From: Callorhinchus milii
Taxonomy: Eukaryota
DNA: 64,000 nt
Direction of reading: 5' to 3'
NCBI RefSeq assembly: GCF_018977255.1
Contig: NW_024704742.1
Span: 16,804,001 to 16,868,000 of the forward strand
This document shows positions 1-12,513 of the stretch, piece after piece. A program made the translations under genes and the position numbers. Under the pieces are notes generated by a model. It was not told where the DNA came from. It worked only from the letters and a program-made list of their open reading frames with translations, and ran no database searches. The first letter of the stretch is position 1; each line of letters starts with the position of its first letter.

Positions 1-245
1 ATAGGTTAGCAAGCTGACCTGTCACTTCTGAGACTCATGTGTGAATATAAACCCTCACTGTTGACTGAAAGCTTTTTTTGTCTGACTGTGAGGTTCCAAT
101 ATGAAGTGAACTTCAACAGTCTCAACTCAGTTTTAGTAAGTGTGGGCTCTCAACACAAAAAGCTTCATGGGATTCAGTGTGAAGCATAGTGACTGTCTAT
201 TTAGTGTAGGTGAACATGGCAGCCAATATGTGCAATGTCGTTTAA

Positions 246-543
246 TTAGCCATTAAGTGAATACACATTTTGGATCCGGTCAGGAGGATTGTTGGTCAGG
301 ACACCTGGAGAAAATCCTTTCTCTTTGCAGTCAGAAAAGATTTTAAAGAGCCATAGGATCACCGGAACAGGCAGACGGGGCCTGTTTAACTTCTCATCCG
401 AAGGATAGCACCTCCGACAATGCAGCACACTTCGAGCACAGCATTGGAGTGTCAACTTAAACTATGAACTCAAATTCCTGATGTGGGATTTGAACCCACT
501 GCCGTCTGCCGCATGGGGAAAATTTCTAGCAACTGAGCTAGGA
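246..543 (-). mobile_element. DeuSINE (SacSINE1-like), partial
   Basis: Reverse strand reads tRNA-like head (gctcagttg...gggttcaaatccca), then tgtcggaggtgctatccttcggatgagaagttaaacaggccccgtctgcc and ccaggtgtcctgacc, as in the fuller copy at 39150-39604. Confidence 0.75.
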
Positions 544-707
544 CATATAGAAAGTTACAGCACAGAAGAAAGCCATTCAGCCAATTGTGGCATGCGGGAC
601 TCTAACCTTACGATGTCTGTTAAATTAGTTTTTATATGACATCTCTTCAGTCTCTTGGCACCAAATGAGTAATTAATTATGCCTACTATGTTGTTACAAG
701 TAATGAA

Positions 708-1043
708 TAATAATAATAATGATAATCCTTGCATTTGATATAGCGCTTTTCACATCAGGAGGACGTGCCAAAGCGCTTCACAGAACACACTGTAAAGTGA
801 ATTGACTGTATATTTGTGGGCGAACGCGGCAGCCAATTGTGCACAGCAATGTCCCACAAACAGTCATAAATTGAAAATGACCAATTTATTATTGTTTTTT
901 GTTTTGGAGGGATTATTATTAGATGTGTGGAGTAAGGAAACTTGCCCAAGGTTTCGCCCTGCCTGGAATTGAACTCAGGTCTCTCGCTTGCAAAGCGAGT
1001 GCTCTAACCACTGAGCTACAGGACTAACCACTGAGCTACAGAA
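708..1043 (-). mobile_element. tRNA-derived SINE (TGC anticodon-like head, Deu/L2-type 3' tail), full-length short form
   Basis: Reverse strand has A box tagctcagtgg, ctcgc-tttgcaa-gcgag, B box gttcaattcc, and tail gcgctatatcaaatgcaaggatt(att)n. Near-identical to copies at 3457, 11662, 23505 and 37034. Confidence 0.9.
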
Positions 1044-1360
1044 TTGTCCTTGTGTATGTGTGTGTGTATTTTGGCTAATTGTCTTATGACATCTTTTACA
1101 ATTTAACTTGTTTTCTTTTACTTTGTGTCTGGTTAGTTTCAAATGTTTTCCATAGTGATTTTTGTTTCTCCAATAAACTGACAGGGCAAAAAGGCTTTGG
1201 TTCAGCTGCCCGCAAGCCTTTGCAATTAGGTATCTTGACCAAAATAAATTTTTTTACACAGCTTCAAATGAGCTTTTAATAACCATCGATTTGAATGGAT
1301 TTTTTCCTGCAATGTCATCCACATGTCTCAATAGATGGTCTTGTCTTGTGTTTTGAACAG

Positions 1361-1486
1361 AATGCAGTGACAAGGAGTTCAGAGAAGTTGCCTCCAGACT
1401 AAAGGACTGGTTCAAAGTACTGCACGAAAATGGAAACTACAATAAGAAGAGTCGCGGACTTCAGAGACAAGACAAGGATAGAGTTA
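1361..1486 (+). CDS. SPOCK3: Testican-3 internal coding exon (start of the EC domain; gene begins upstream of the window)
   Basis: Acceptor ttttgaacAG ends at 1360 and donor GTAAGT starts at 1487. 126 nt, phase 1-1. Translates xCSDKEFREVASRLKDWFKVLHENGNYNKKSRGLQRQDKDRV, matching testican CSDxEFREVAxRLxDWF, and splices in frame to the 6172 exon (a+ga = R of RFDTSILP). Not shown in the ORF track in this frame. Confidence 0.93.
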
Positions 1487-1597
1487 GTAAGTGCTTGCAG
1501 AAATGCCACAAGGACACAGTTAACGAGTGCCCTCAGAGACAAGGATATAGTTAATAAATACTCTGAGAGACAAGACAAGGACACAGGTAGCAAGTAC
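1459..1597 (+). repeat. Degenerate tandem repeat, 4 units of about 31-36 nt, spanning the SPOCK3 exon end and donor
   Basis: Units cttcagagacaagacaaggatagagttagtaagtg / cttgcagaaatgccacaaggacacagttaacgagtg / ccctcagagacaaggatatagttaataaata / ctctgagagacaagacaaggacacaggtagcaagta. Confidence 0.8.
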
Positions 1598-3456
1598 AGG
1601 CAGCATGTTAGAATTTTTTATTAAATTGTTCCAACAGAAACATGACATATTGGGAGTAAATGTGCAATGTGTGATATTGCAGGAACACTATATGTGCTTG
1701 TTCTTGTCCCATACATAAACACTTGTTTGTAGCTGAGCACACCGCCACCAACATACCCACACACACACAAATGATTAGCTTCTCTCAGGCTTCACTCTGC
1801 TTGTCCATGTAAATTGCACCTGGGTCTGGACTTAGTATATTAACATAGCATTTTAGAGTGTTCAGAATTAGGCTAATTGTTAAATTCAATTTTAACTTTG
1901 ATGCCCGTTTCCATAGTTTTTTTTAAAAAAAACTTAAATAAAATCAGCTTCAAAATTAAAAACTAAACTGTATTTAGAAATGTCCCAAATTCTGCAAATT
2001 CTGAAATGCTACATTAATAGAGCGAGTCTAAACTCAGGTAGGATCTCTACCCACAGAAGCCTCAAATGATTCAGAATTCTGAATACTGAATTCTCCCCTG
2101 CAACAACTTCTTCTTACCCAAGCTTAATGCTTGCCAAGCTCCATTGACTCCCATTATTTCAAAAGATCCTTCTTTAGTATCCTTGTCCTTGTATCCAAGT
2201 AACTACAAGGTCTGATTCCACCCTACCTGTGCAATCTAATTTTGCAGTCGGTACCTTCCACTCTTTTGCCTCAGGTCTATTACTTTCATTACTTTGTGCC
2301 CATCATCAGTGACTAAGTCTTCATGCCCTTTTCTCTGAAACTCTCTTCCAATATCGTCTCCCTCACTACCTCTCTTTCTGCCTTCAAAAGCCTCCTAAAA
2401 TAAATCAGTGCCTTTAGTCAACATCTTTAAATCTCTCACCTCGCTGCACAGTATGCACCATCACATTTGCCATGAACAACACCATGTTTTTGTGTCTATA
2501 AATGCAGGTAGTTTTAAACTGTAATGTTTATTCTAGCAAATCGAACAGCTTTGCTGTTGCTTTTGGGGCGTTAGTTTCCATTTACCATTGTAAACATGGT
2601 ATAACTGTCACAGAAGAGGGAGGAACAAAATCCAAAACAAACAAAATGGCTCTTTGAAACAGCTTTGATTTGGTGGGTACTGACATAATATTATGGCACC
2701 TGCTGGAAGAATCAGAGGACCTATGTCATTACATTGTTCAAAGAGCTTTCAAGATGAATGGTTTCCATTTAACAACAGACAGCAGTCATTTACTGCTTTG
2801 GAGAGATTGTTTGTAGCTTTTTTCCACCAGCTGATATTGTAGTTATTGAGGGTGCAAGAGACAGAAGAGTGTCCAGATGTACCAAAATGTTCTTTTCCAC
2901 TGGTGTACAGTTCTATGTGCTTATTGCTTGCTATTGCTGGGTAAAATATATCATAGGTGGAATTCTGTGATATACCCATTGCATATCAATGAGGATAACT
3001 ACCCTCCTTCCACCTCCACACGCAGAAATCTAGGAGCAAATAAAACATTGCATTACGTTTTTTTGTCTGTCTGCTCTTTAAATCTGGGCTTCTTTAAGTC
3101 TGATTTTTGAAAATTAAAATGGGTTTTTATTATTTTTTAAATAGAAAAGGGCTTCTTTAAATCTGATTTTTTAATTAAAATGGGTCTTTGCTTGTGACTA
3201 AGCAGCAAAGAAATTCCAAATGAGCAAAGGCCATATGAACCAAGCATTATTCCAACAGTCCTTTTGCTCCTTGCATGTTCATGGACTCTCCCCCAGAGTT
3301 TTTAATATCCCAGGGGAGTTAATAAGGACAACTTCCAAGAGAACATAAAGCCGTAATGATAACATCAGTTTAGAAATGATCCATTTTAACATTGCAATAA
3401 ACCTGCCAGCTTTAAAAGTGGGTCTTTTGAAAATGAAATTGCAAACAGGAAGAATA

Positions 3457-3763
3457 TGTTGGCTCAGTGGTTAAAGCACTCGCTTTGCAAGCAAGAGATC
3501 TGGGTTTGATTCCTGGCAGGGTGAAACCTTGGGCAAGTTTCCTTACTCCACACGCCTGATAATAATCCCTCAAGAAAATAAACAATAATAAATTGGTCAT
3601 TTCAATCCACTACTGTTTGTGGGACACTGCTGTGCGCAATTGGCTGCTGCATTTCGCCCACAAATATACAGTCAATTCACTTTACAGTCTATTCTGTGAA
3701 GCGCTTTGAGTCGTCTAGAAGACGTGAAAAGCGCTCTATCAAATGCAAGGATTATTATTATTT
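3457..3763 (+). mobile_element. tRNA-derived SINE, full-length short form
   Basis: ggctcagtggttaaagcactcgctttgcaagcaag...gggtttgattcc head and aaatgcaaggattattattatt tail. Confidence 0.9.
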
Positions 3764-4704
3764 TCAAGTACGGTCAGCTAAACAGTGAGGAAGAATGCCA
3801 TTCTTATTATCTTATTATCTTATGTCTTGGGATGAAGTGATAAAAATTAAATGTATGTGTTAAAGGCAAAAAGTTGTTTATAAACAATTTTCCAATTGTG
3901 AAATCCAAGTGGAATTGATCTCTGGCTCTTTAATTAATTCATATAAGATTTATTAAAACATATCAATTCTACACTTTTGTGTGAGCTACTCAGGTTATAA
4001 AATTCATTTTGCTGTCTCATTGGCTTAAAAAGAAGATCTATAGTGTTGATCAGATTCTGTTATGCACACTCTCAACATTTTAGATTTGACCTTTATTTTT
4101 AACCAATTAGATACTTGTCTTTTATACTGATTATAATGAACAAGATGATAGTGATAGTGATAGTGTGATCTCATATGCTGGGATCATGGGACCACCCTCC
4201 AGTGTCTTGTACTTTTGGAGTAGAAATCCTGTGAGTCAGTGTGACATTTGTCAAGTTATCAGAAGATGTCTATTCAGATTCATTAAAATCTTTTTGTTTA
4301 GAGCATATTCAGATCATTTGTTCATTTTAATCCATCATCCAGGATTGGCCCCTTTCTCGTTTTTTATTTAAATTTCGAAATCAACTGTAGATAACTGAAG
4401 ACACCGATAGTGGGAGGATGACAGATTAAAACTTGTCCAAAATGTCTCTAGATGGTAATATTGTAATATTGAAGTTATCGTTTTCCACAAGGCTAAGATG
4501 CTCTCTGTTTCTTTCCTATTCCATAGTCTCCCCGAGGCACATGCCAGCTGTGGCTGAGAGACCAGGTGAGTGGCATGTTCTCAAATAGGTCTCTCTATAC
4601 CGGCTGCTGAGAGATGCACAGGAAAAGCCTTCAAGTGACCCTTCCATTGATTTTCATTAACCTCGGAGCTTCCTCTCAATGCCAACAGTAACAACTTATG
4701 TAGC

Positions 4705-5068
4705 CGTTTTCAAGGCCTTGCTCCTCCTTAAGTCTCTGATCTCCTAACCCACTACTAAACTGTCCACTCAGCAGACTTTGGCCTGCTTCAAGTCTCCCGC
4801 CTTGCCCACCATTGGCGGGTGGACCTACAGCCTCTCTGCCTCCATCCTCTGGAACTCCATCCCACACTCCATCCATTCCTTTGCCTCACCCCTCCCTTGC
4901 CTCCTTCAAGACCTGTCTCAAGACCCTCTTCTTTGACCGTGCCTTCGGTCACCTCCACCCCTCTTGATTCCAACCACCAGCTCGGGCGCAGATCCCTGAC
5001 TGTCCAGCACCTTGGGAAATCCTCCTGATGTGAAAGTCGCTATACAAATGTAATTTGTTGTTGTTGTT
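4705..5068 (+). mobile_element. L2 LINE 3' fragment
   Basis: Similar to the 3' end of the long L2 at 57771-60078; ends atacaaatgtaatttgttgttgttgtt. Confidence 0.85.
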
Positions 5069-5597
5069 CATATAGTACACAACTCAGTTGGGCTCTCTGC
5101 AACATAAGATAGCCAATACAAACCTACACCCCATCAATCTGTTTAATCACAGCATCTCCAATATCCACTTACTTGTTAGCAGCTTTATCTAGCGATCCTT
5201 TCAACTTTCTTGGTAAGGTAGAATTAATTGACAGAAGGCAGAGACAGCACTAAATCAGCAAGGCGTATTTGAACAGATTTCATTTTAAATGGGGAGGTGT
5301 GAAGTCAGTACATATTGTAGTTCAGATTAATGTAGATTATAAATAATATCCATATCAGTTTGACCTGCTAGAAGAGTCTTCCTTTATTACTGTGGAAAAA
5401 GTAAACACAACCACAATGATCGTGGCACCTCAGTTAAGTTACATAACCATTCTTCTCACTCCCAGGTGTACTTCACCAAAGCACATTTTTAATCACTGAA
5501 TTCCTAAGGCATTTTGAGTGCTCACAATGATGATATATTTGATGTGATCTAAATAACCTACTATTACAATCAGATATCATGATATATAAAACATAAT

Positions 5598-5790
5598 ATA
5601 AAAACAATAATAAATTAGTCATTTCAATCCACGACTGTTTGTGGGACACTGCTGTGCGCAATTGGCTGCTGCGTTTCGCCCACAAATATACAGTCAATTT
5701 ACTTTACAGCATATTCTGTGAAGCGCTTTGAGACATCTAGAAGACATGAAAAGCGCTATATCAAATGCGAGGATTACTATTGTTATTAGT
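5598..5790 (+). mobile_element. 5'-truncated tRNA-derived SINE (3' half)
   Basis: Matches the 3' half of 3457-3763. Similar fragments lie at about 7620-7795, 10655-10812, 22020-22160, 33445-33598 and 43280-43395 (+), and 9665-9815, 16155-16212 and 29230-29370 (-). Confidence 0.85.
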
Positions 5791-6171
5791 AGTAGTAGTA
5801 TTATATATAACGCAGTGGTTTAAGTCCAAAAAAAGATGACCCCATGTTATAAAGGCTGGTGCTATAGAGTGGCCAGTGCTTCCTGGGACATCAGATCATC
5901 AATGATATCACTGAACCTGGCTGTGCATTCACACAGCAAGCCGACAACTGCCCTCACCAGGTTTACAACAGTTATCAGCTCCTACTGTGCTGAAAACTGG
6001 AAATGTACTGGACTCCCAGTACATGGCTGTTCCACATGCAACTGTGTATAACTGGAACTGAAATATATTGGAGCACAATATAACAAGGTCCGATTATAGT
6101 ATGTAAGCAGCGACGTATAACAGGTTTTACTTTCTAAAAAGATCACTTGACATTTGCCCTCTGTTCCTCAG

Positions 6172-6393
6172 GATTTGACACCAGTATTCTGCCCATTTGC
6201 AAGGATTCACTTGGTTGGATGTTCAACAGACTAGATACAAACTATGACCTGCTGCTTGATCAGTCAGAGCTGAGAAGCATTTATTTTGACAAGCATGACC
6301 AATGCATGAAACCGTTTTTCAACTCGTGTGACACCTACAGAGATGGTAGGATTTCCAACAACGAATGGTGCTACTGCTTCCAGAGACATCAAG
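6172..6393 (+). CDS. SPOCK3: Testican-3 exon, EF-hand EC domain
   Basis: Acceptor ctgttcctcAG, donor GTGAGA, 222 nt. Translates RFDTSILPICKDSLGWMFNRLDTNYDLLLDQSELRSIYFDKHDQCMKPFFNSCDTYRDGRISNNEWCYCFQRHQ. NRLDTNYDLLLDQSELRSIY is the SPOCK3 form; SPOCK1 has NKLDMNYDLLLDPSEINAIY. Confidence 0.97.
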
Positions 6394-8049
6394 GTGAGAG
6401 AGCGAAGGAATAATGGCGTGCTATTAAATGTTTTTCATTTTAAAACATGGTGACTTATCTGTTCAATGTTACAGGAGCTTTTCATGATTTATACATGACT
6501 TTGCAAAACCTGCTTGATGTCAGCAAAGTTGTTTTCCGCCAATTTTAAAATAAATTTAAATTAAAATGCAGTTTGTTTTCTATTTGCAACAAACGTAAAT
6601 AATACAAACCTCCTGGTTCTCATGCATTAAGAGAGTAGCGAATAGAGGGGTCTGGAGATATGCATTATATATCACCCAGTAAAAAGCTCATTTTAAGGAC
6701 CCACAAAATACTGTCTTGTTATGGGATTGGACTGTAACAGAAGAGCAATGAGAAAGGCTGGGACAAAGTTGCCTCTTAAGTACCAAAACTTTGGAACACT
6801 TAATCCCTCCACCTTGCCCCCTCCTTCCCCATCTTCAGGTCGTGCCTGAAGACGTTCCTCTTCCACCGTGCTTACGGTCACCTCCCCTCCCCCCGGCTCA
6901 GTGTCGTGCTCCTCCATTGTCAAGCATTCTAGGAAGTTACCCTGTGTGAAGTGTGCTATATAAATGGAAGTTTTCTTGCCTGATAATAGGTGTATCTCCT
7001 GGCCTCCTCTCCTTTAAGATTAGTACAGGCAAGCAATGGACTGCTGCCATTCTATTTGTATGTTACTGCTGAACTCAGAATTGTCAGTTAGCACCACTGT
7101 TATGCAAAGGGAGCATAAATAGACATAAACTGACCTTGTTCAACTCTGGCTTCAATCACCTGAAACCATTCTATTTAATGATAACTCAGTGAAAAGTGCG
7201 AGGTAGAAGTATACAGTGTGATGTGTTTATTTTCATGCTATTTGTATGCATGCTCTCACCATGAATACTGTAGTATTTTCTTTAACACATTGCCACTCTA
7301 TCATTCAGTGCTGCCAAAATAATCTCAGAAAATGAAAATAGAATATTTCTGAGTTGCTGTTGGCAGCCAAGGTAGAGGGGGGGAAAATTCAGCTCTGGGT
7401 TTCAACTGCGAACAACACAAACTTATACCATTCCAAAACAAGCCAAACATTTTTTGGTTCAATTCCTTGTTTCTGAATTTTATGATGGTTGAGTGTGGTG
7501 TAAACACTGGCAGAGTTCCGCAGTCAGATTTGCTGTGCCAAATGTTTGCAACCAGCTCATGCTTCCTCTCACTCTCCATCTCCAGCTTCTCTTCAGTTCC
7601 AATAACTAAAACACGTGATTCACTTCACTTGGTGATTTACTTCATGATTTGGGACTTTGCTGCATGCAAATCAGCTGCCGCGTTTGCCTACAAAATACAG
7701 TCACTACACTGTATAGTATATCCTTTGAAGTGATTTGCAATGTCTCGACATTGTGATCAGGTGCTGCATCAAATGCAGGATTATTATATTATTATGTGTA
7801 GTTACAGTTTATTGTGGGTGAATATGGCACTAATTTGTGCACATCAATGGCCCATAAAAGGCCATGAAGTGAATAACTAATTTTATCTGGGGGATTGTTG
7901 CCAGGACACCAAGAGAAACTCCCTGCTGTACCTGTTAAATAGTTTCAAGGGGATATACTTTCAATCTGGCTGCTCTTCACAACCCAGAACAGCACATGAG
8001 CTGACAAATTCATCTTTTATTTAAAATATTGCTACATTTTGCAGTATCA

Positions 8050-8620
8050 AATTAGTGGAGGCAATGTCTAGGAGAGCAGCGAGGATGTTCTCAAGTGTTA
8101 AAGAAATGATCTATGAGCAATAATTATACAAGCTACGGATTTTCAATCTTGAGAGAAGCTGACTCAGAGGAGAGGTTATGGAGGTATATAACATTTTAAA
8201 TGGGATTGGAAAAGTGAATCCAGAAGAATAATTTAGGATGTGCGAATATGGTAAAACAAGAGGAAATAGGATTAGAGATGCATAGGAGAATTTCAGGAGA
8301 GATATTGGGGAAAAAAAATTCTTTAGTCTAAGGGTAATTAATCACTGGAAAAAGGTTGCCAGGAAGGTGGTTGAAGCCAGGAAGCTGCAGTTAAAATCCT
8401 AGAATCCAACAGCACTGAAAGAGCCCATTCATCCACTGTGCCTGTACTGGCCTTTTGAAAGAGCTGTTCAATTACTCTCATTCCCCTGCTCTTTCCCCAG
8501 TTATTAAAAAAAAGCTTGACTCTGTGATGGGAGGATAATAGGATGAGTATTCTGGAAGGATTGGATTAGACAGGTTTGAAGGATCTTCTTCATCTGAACC
8601 TCACTTGTGATCTTGTGAAG
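8050..8620 (+). mobile_element. CR1 LINE 3' fragment, degenerate, interrupted by an opposite-strand CR1 tail at about 8400-8500
   Basis: Decayed YEERL...FNLERSxLRGEVMEVYNILNG...TRG...FFSLRVINHW motif typical of the CR1 ORF2 C-terminus. Confidence 0.7.
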
Positions 8621-8661
8621 TTAGATTGTAAGGGTGACCTGTCGAAGCATTCTAAAGCATT

Positions 8662-9138
8662 CAACAACAACTTACATTTGTATAGCGCCTTTCATGTCAG
8701 GAGGACGTCCGAAGGCACTGAACAGTCAAGGATCCGCCCCTGAGCTGGTGGTTGGGTTCAGGAGGGCAGTGGGGTAGGTGTAGGAGGGTGACCAAAGGCA
8801 CGGTCGAAGAGGAGGGTCTTGAAACGAGTCTTGAAGTAGGCAAGAGAGAGTGAGGTGGAGGGACTGTGGGATGTAGTTCCAGAGGGTGGGGGCAGAGAGG
8901 CTGAAGGCCCAGCCGCCAATAGTGGGGCGGGCGAGGCGGGCAAAGTGAAGCAGGCCGGACCCGCTGAGCTGAGGGAGAGGACACGTTGGTAGAGGGTTAG
9001 GAGGTCACAGAGGTAGGGAGGAGTAAGACCGTAGAGAGCTGTGAAGGTGAGGACCAGGATTTTGAACTGTATCCTCTGAGTGATGGGGAGCCAGTGGAGC
9101 CTGGCGAGGATGAGGGTGATAGGGTCGTGGAGTCTAGT
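8662..9138 (-). mobile_element. L2 LINE 3' fragment
   Basis: (caa)n tail on the + strand then tatagcgcctttcatgtcaggaggacgtcc; reverse strand encodes remnants of LHWLPITQRIQFKIL. Confidence 0.88.
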
Positions 9139-9865
9139 AATGTCTGTTGATTTTCATTGCTGCAGCTACTTATTTCTAGTTAATGAAACAAAATAAATAA
9201 GGTGCTTGCGCTAAAACATTTGCTGCCACCAGGTTTTAGATTAGATGTGCTGCATTCAAAATATTCAAGCTTGAAATGAGCAAACCATCTGTTGTTTATT
9301 TGTCACTTCAAGGCACAAGACCTTTGATGTGGTTCTTTATTTATCTTTCAGATAAGTGGAGGCAGTGTTGTTATTTTGGAAACATAGCACAACTTCACAG
9401 TGTTTTTCACACAGAGGTGTCTTTGTTGAAGAAATAAAAAAAATCATTCATGACCCTGTGAAGTTCTAGCTGTACAAAACTGAATGAAAGATAAGCACAA
9501 AAAGAATACTTCAAAGGTGTTGTGCCTTAAACCACTGGTTATATTGCTTTTCATTACAGCTAAAAGTAACAGAATGGGGAAAAGGCCTGATTGAAATATT
9601 CAGGTGCACATCCCAACATACACAAGTATTATTTGTGTAGCTCAGTTCACAAAAATACACAGACAGATAATATTTATCTTTGCGTTTGATATAGCATCTT
9701 TCATAACAACAATACATCTCAAAATGCTTCACAAATCTTAATGTAAAGTATAACAATTGTGTATTTCGAACATGACAGGCAAGTTTCACACAGCAATGTC
9801 CCAAAACAGACATTTTCTGCCAAGAAGAGGCCATTGTGTCTATGCTGTTTTTCCAAAGCACCCCT

Positions 9866-10389
9866 TATCATCCAGAACTCTGCACTCCTTGTCCTCTCCC
9901 GCACCAGGCTCCGCAACCTTATCACCACCATTCTTGTCTGACTCCACTGGCTTCCCATCACACTGAGGATACAGTTCAAGATCCTGATCCTCACCCTCAA
10001 AGCCTCCATGGTTTTGCTCCCCTCTACCTTTGTGACCTCCTAACCCTTTATCAACCTGCCCGTTACCTCCGCTCGACGGCTCCTGCCTGCTTCATGTCCC
10101 CTGCCTTGCCTGCCCCATCATTAGCGGGCAGGCCTTCAGCCTCTCTGCCCCCACACTCTGGAACTCCATCCTGCAGTCCCTCCGCCTCACCCGCTCCCTT
10201 GCCTCCTTGAAGACACGTCTCAAGATACTCCTCTTCAAGCGTGCCTTCAACACCCTCCTTCCCCCCCCTGCCCTCCACCCTCCCCAATCTCGACGCCCAG
10301 CTTGGGTTCGAAACACTGGTTGTCCAGCACCTTAGGACGTCCTCCCGACATGAAAGGCGCTATACAAATGTAATGTTGTTGTTGTTGTT
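9866..10389 (+). mobile_element. L2 LINE 3' fragment
   Basis: IIQNSA...LHWLP remnants; tail gaaaggcgctatacaaatgtaat(gtt)n. Confidence 0.88.
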
Positions 10390-11279
10390 ATTTATTAATC
10401 CTGCTTTCCAGCTCTCTTTCCATATCTCTTAATGCTTTTTACATTTCTAAATTTCAAATGACTTTTACACACACAAAATGTGATTTTGTTTTTGCCCTAT
10501 GCACCCCTCTAGAAATGCAAAGACAATGTAACTGTGGCGAAGCCTTCAAATTTGACACTTTCTCCAGTTACAGAAAGTCTGTATAAAAATGATATCACAC
10601 CCTCAGCATAGTTTTCTGGTGGTAATAATCATTTCAATTTTTTTTAAAAAAATTAATAATAATAATAATTTGGTCACTCAATCCACGACTGTTAAGTGGG
10701 ACACCTCTGTGAGCAGTTGGCTGCAGCATTTCGCCCACAAGATATACAGTCAATTCACGTCTCGAAGACATGATAAGGTGCTACATCAAATGCAAGGAGT
10801 GTTATTATTATATTAGCAGAAAGATTAGCTTAGATTCAATTTTACTAGTTAAAGGAGTTTTAAGTCTTTGAAATCCAATTGAAAGCGTTGCTTATAAAAT
10901 GCACAGAATAAGCAGATGTAAAAATTTTACTCTGTTTTACAATCAGATCCATTAGATTCAGATACTTTCTTTTTCCAGCAATTAATAGGTCTTTTGCATA
11001 AAAAATGATGTGTAAAAGTTGTAACTGTGCTTAAGAGTTATCTTAGAAATCCTCACCCAATATTCATGATCCAAAGCCCTGCGATTTCTCCTGTCTATTC
11101 ACGCTATTGTTCTATTGTACTCATTGTAGCCCAGTGTCTCAACAATAGGAATATAAGCATGTTCTGGAAGTCGAAGGAAAAAGGAGTTGTATATCACAGG
11201 CATTAAGTAGATTAATCACAGCACTTTCAATCTTTTCTCATCTGGAACCCTTTCACTTGACTGGTTGAACTCATTTCAG

Positions 11280-11342
11280 ATCCTCCCTGCCAGACGGAAC
11301 TAAACAATATTCAAAGGCAACAAAAAGGAAAAAAACTCCTAG
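11280..11342 (+). CDS. SPOCK3: Testican-3 exon, start of the thyroglobulin type-1 domain
   Basis: Acceptor tcatttcAG, donor GTGAGC, 63 nt. Translates DPPCQTELNNIQRQQKGKKLLG, close to human SPOCK3 DPPCQTELSNIQKRQGVKKLLG. Confidence 0.95.
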
Positions 11343-11661
11343 GTGAGCATTTGATCTTCTTTAGACTCATCGTATAAAGTCAACAATGTACATAATGTTT
11401 AAGAAATAAGCCATTGTTATTTATTGACATTAATAATTATATTGATAATATTCCAATTATTGTAAAGTAACACTTCACATTAGCATCTTTTTTCTGTGTC
11501 TTTTTAACATTTCTGTTCTGGTAGGTCATTTATTTTCTGAACAGCGAGATTCAAGGTTAAGTACTGCATTTGGCTCTTGGAATAGTTGTATATATATTTG
11601 ACCTTTAAATAGAGTGGCTCGTGTATTGTTTAAAACAAGAGGGAAGATATTATTCGTGGAT

Positions 11662-11976
11662 TCCTGTAGCTCAGTGGTTCGAGAAGTTGCCTCGCAAGCG
11701 AGAGACCTGGGTTCAATTCCCAGCAGGGAGAAACCGTGGGCAAATTTCCTCACTCCACACGCCTGGATAATAATCCTTCAAGATAAAAAACAATAATAAA
11801 TTGGTCACTTCAATCCATGACTCTCCATGGGACACTGCTGTGCGCAATTGGCTTCCTCGTTTCGCCCCGCATTATACAGCCAATTCACTTTACAGTATAT
11901 TCTGTGAAGCGCTTTGAGACATCTAGAAGATGTGAAAAGCACTATATCAAATGCAAGAATTATTCTTATTATTATT
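11662..11976 (+). mobile_element. tRNA-derived SINE, full-length short form
   Basis: tcctgtagctcagtgg...gggttcaattccc head; same body and (att)n tail as the other copies. Confidence 0.9.
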
Positions 11977-12513
11977 TGATCAGGTATTAGTATTTTTGGC
12001 TGAATCATACTACTGTATTTTGTTAATGTGTTATAAAGATATGTACCTCTTTACAAGTAGCTGATAAAAAGCCATGTTCTTCAACTATGCACTATGCATT
12101 TCCTTATATTGAAGCAGCAAATCACTGACAGCACTGCTTGTAACATTTCATCTTGAGTCACTCAATTAATACAAATGGAGTATTTGTTCCCACAACACAT
12201 TGGTACACAGAAATTTACTCAAGACATTATGCTGGAAATGCTGTCATACAGTGCATTAAAATGAGAAGACATTCCTTCACTCAGAAAGTCTAAATTATGA
12301 AAATCAGTGAATATTTATGTCATCGTGCCTTCTGGTACCAAAGTGATGTAGAGTGATGTGAAGTGAGAAGTCTGATTTGTACTTTTCTCATCCACTCACA
12401 ATGGGCATGGACTATAGTGCTGCACTCATGCAACTAATTGCAGAACTATGTTGTTTCTTAATATTGTTAATTCATTTTTTNGTAATGATAAAAAGTTCTT
12501 ACCTAAAAATCTG

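Noticed and set aside
955..1023. tRNA-Ala(TGC)-like sequence, also at 3457, 11662, 23720, 37285 and 63521
   Set aside because: Each continues into a SINE body and tail, has an imperfect acceptor stem and varies at the anticodon. These are SINE heads, not tRNA genes.
1430..1624. 64-aa ORF METTIRRV...
   Set aside because: Off-frame reading of the SPOCK3 exon plus the tandem repeat.
3086..3187. Local ~40-nt duplication (gggcttctttaa...aattaaaatggg), with similar small ones at about 14002-14037 and 42837-42884
   Set aside because: Ordinary slippage duplications with no sign of function.
12481..12481. Single n base
   Set aside because: Assembly ambiguity, not biology.
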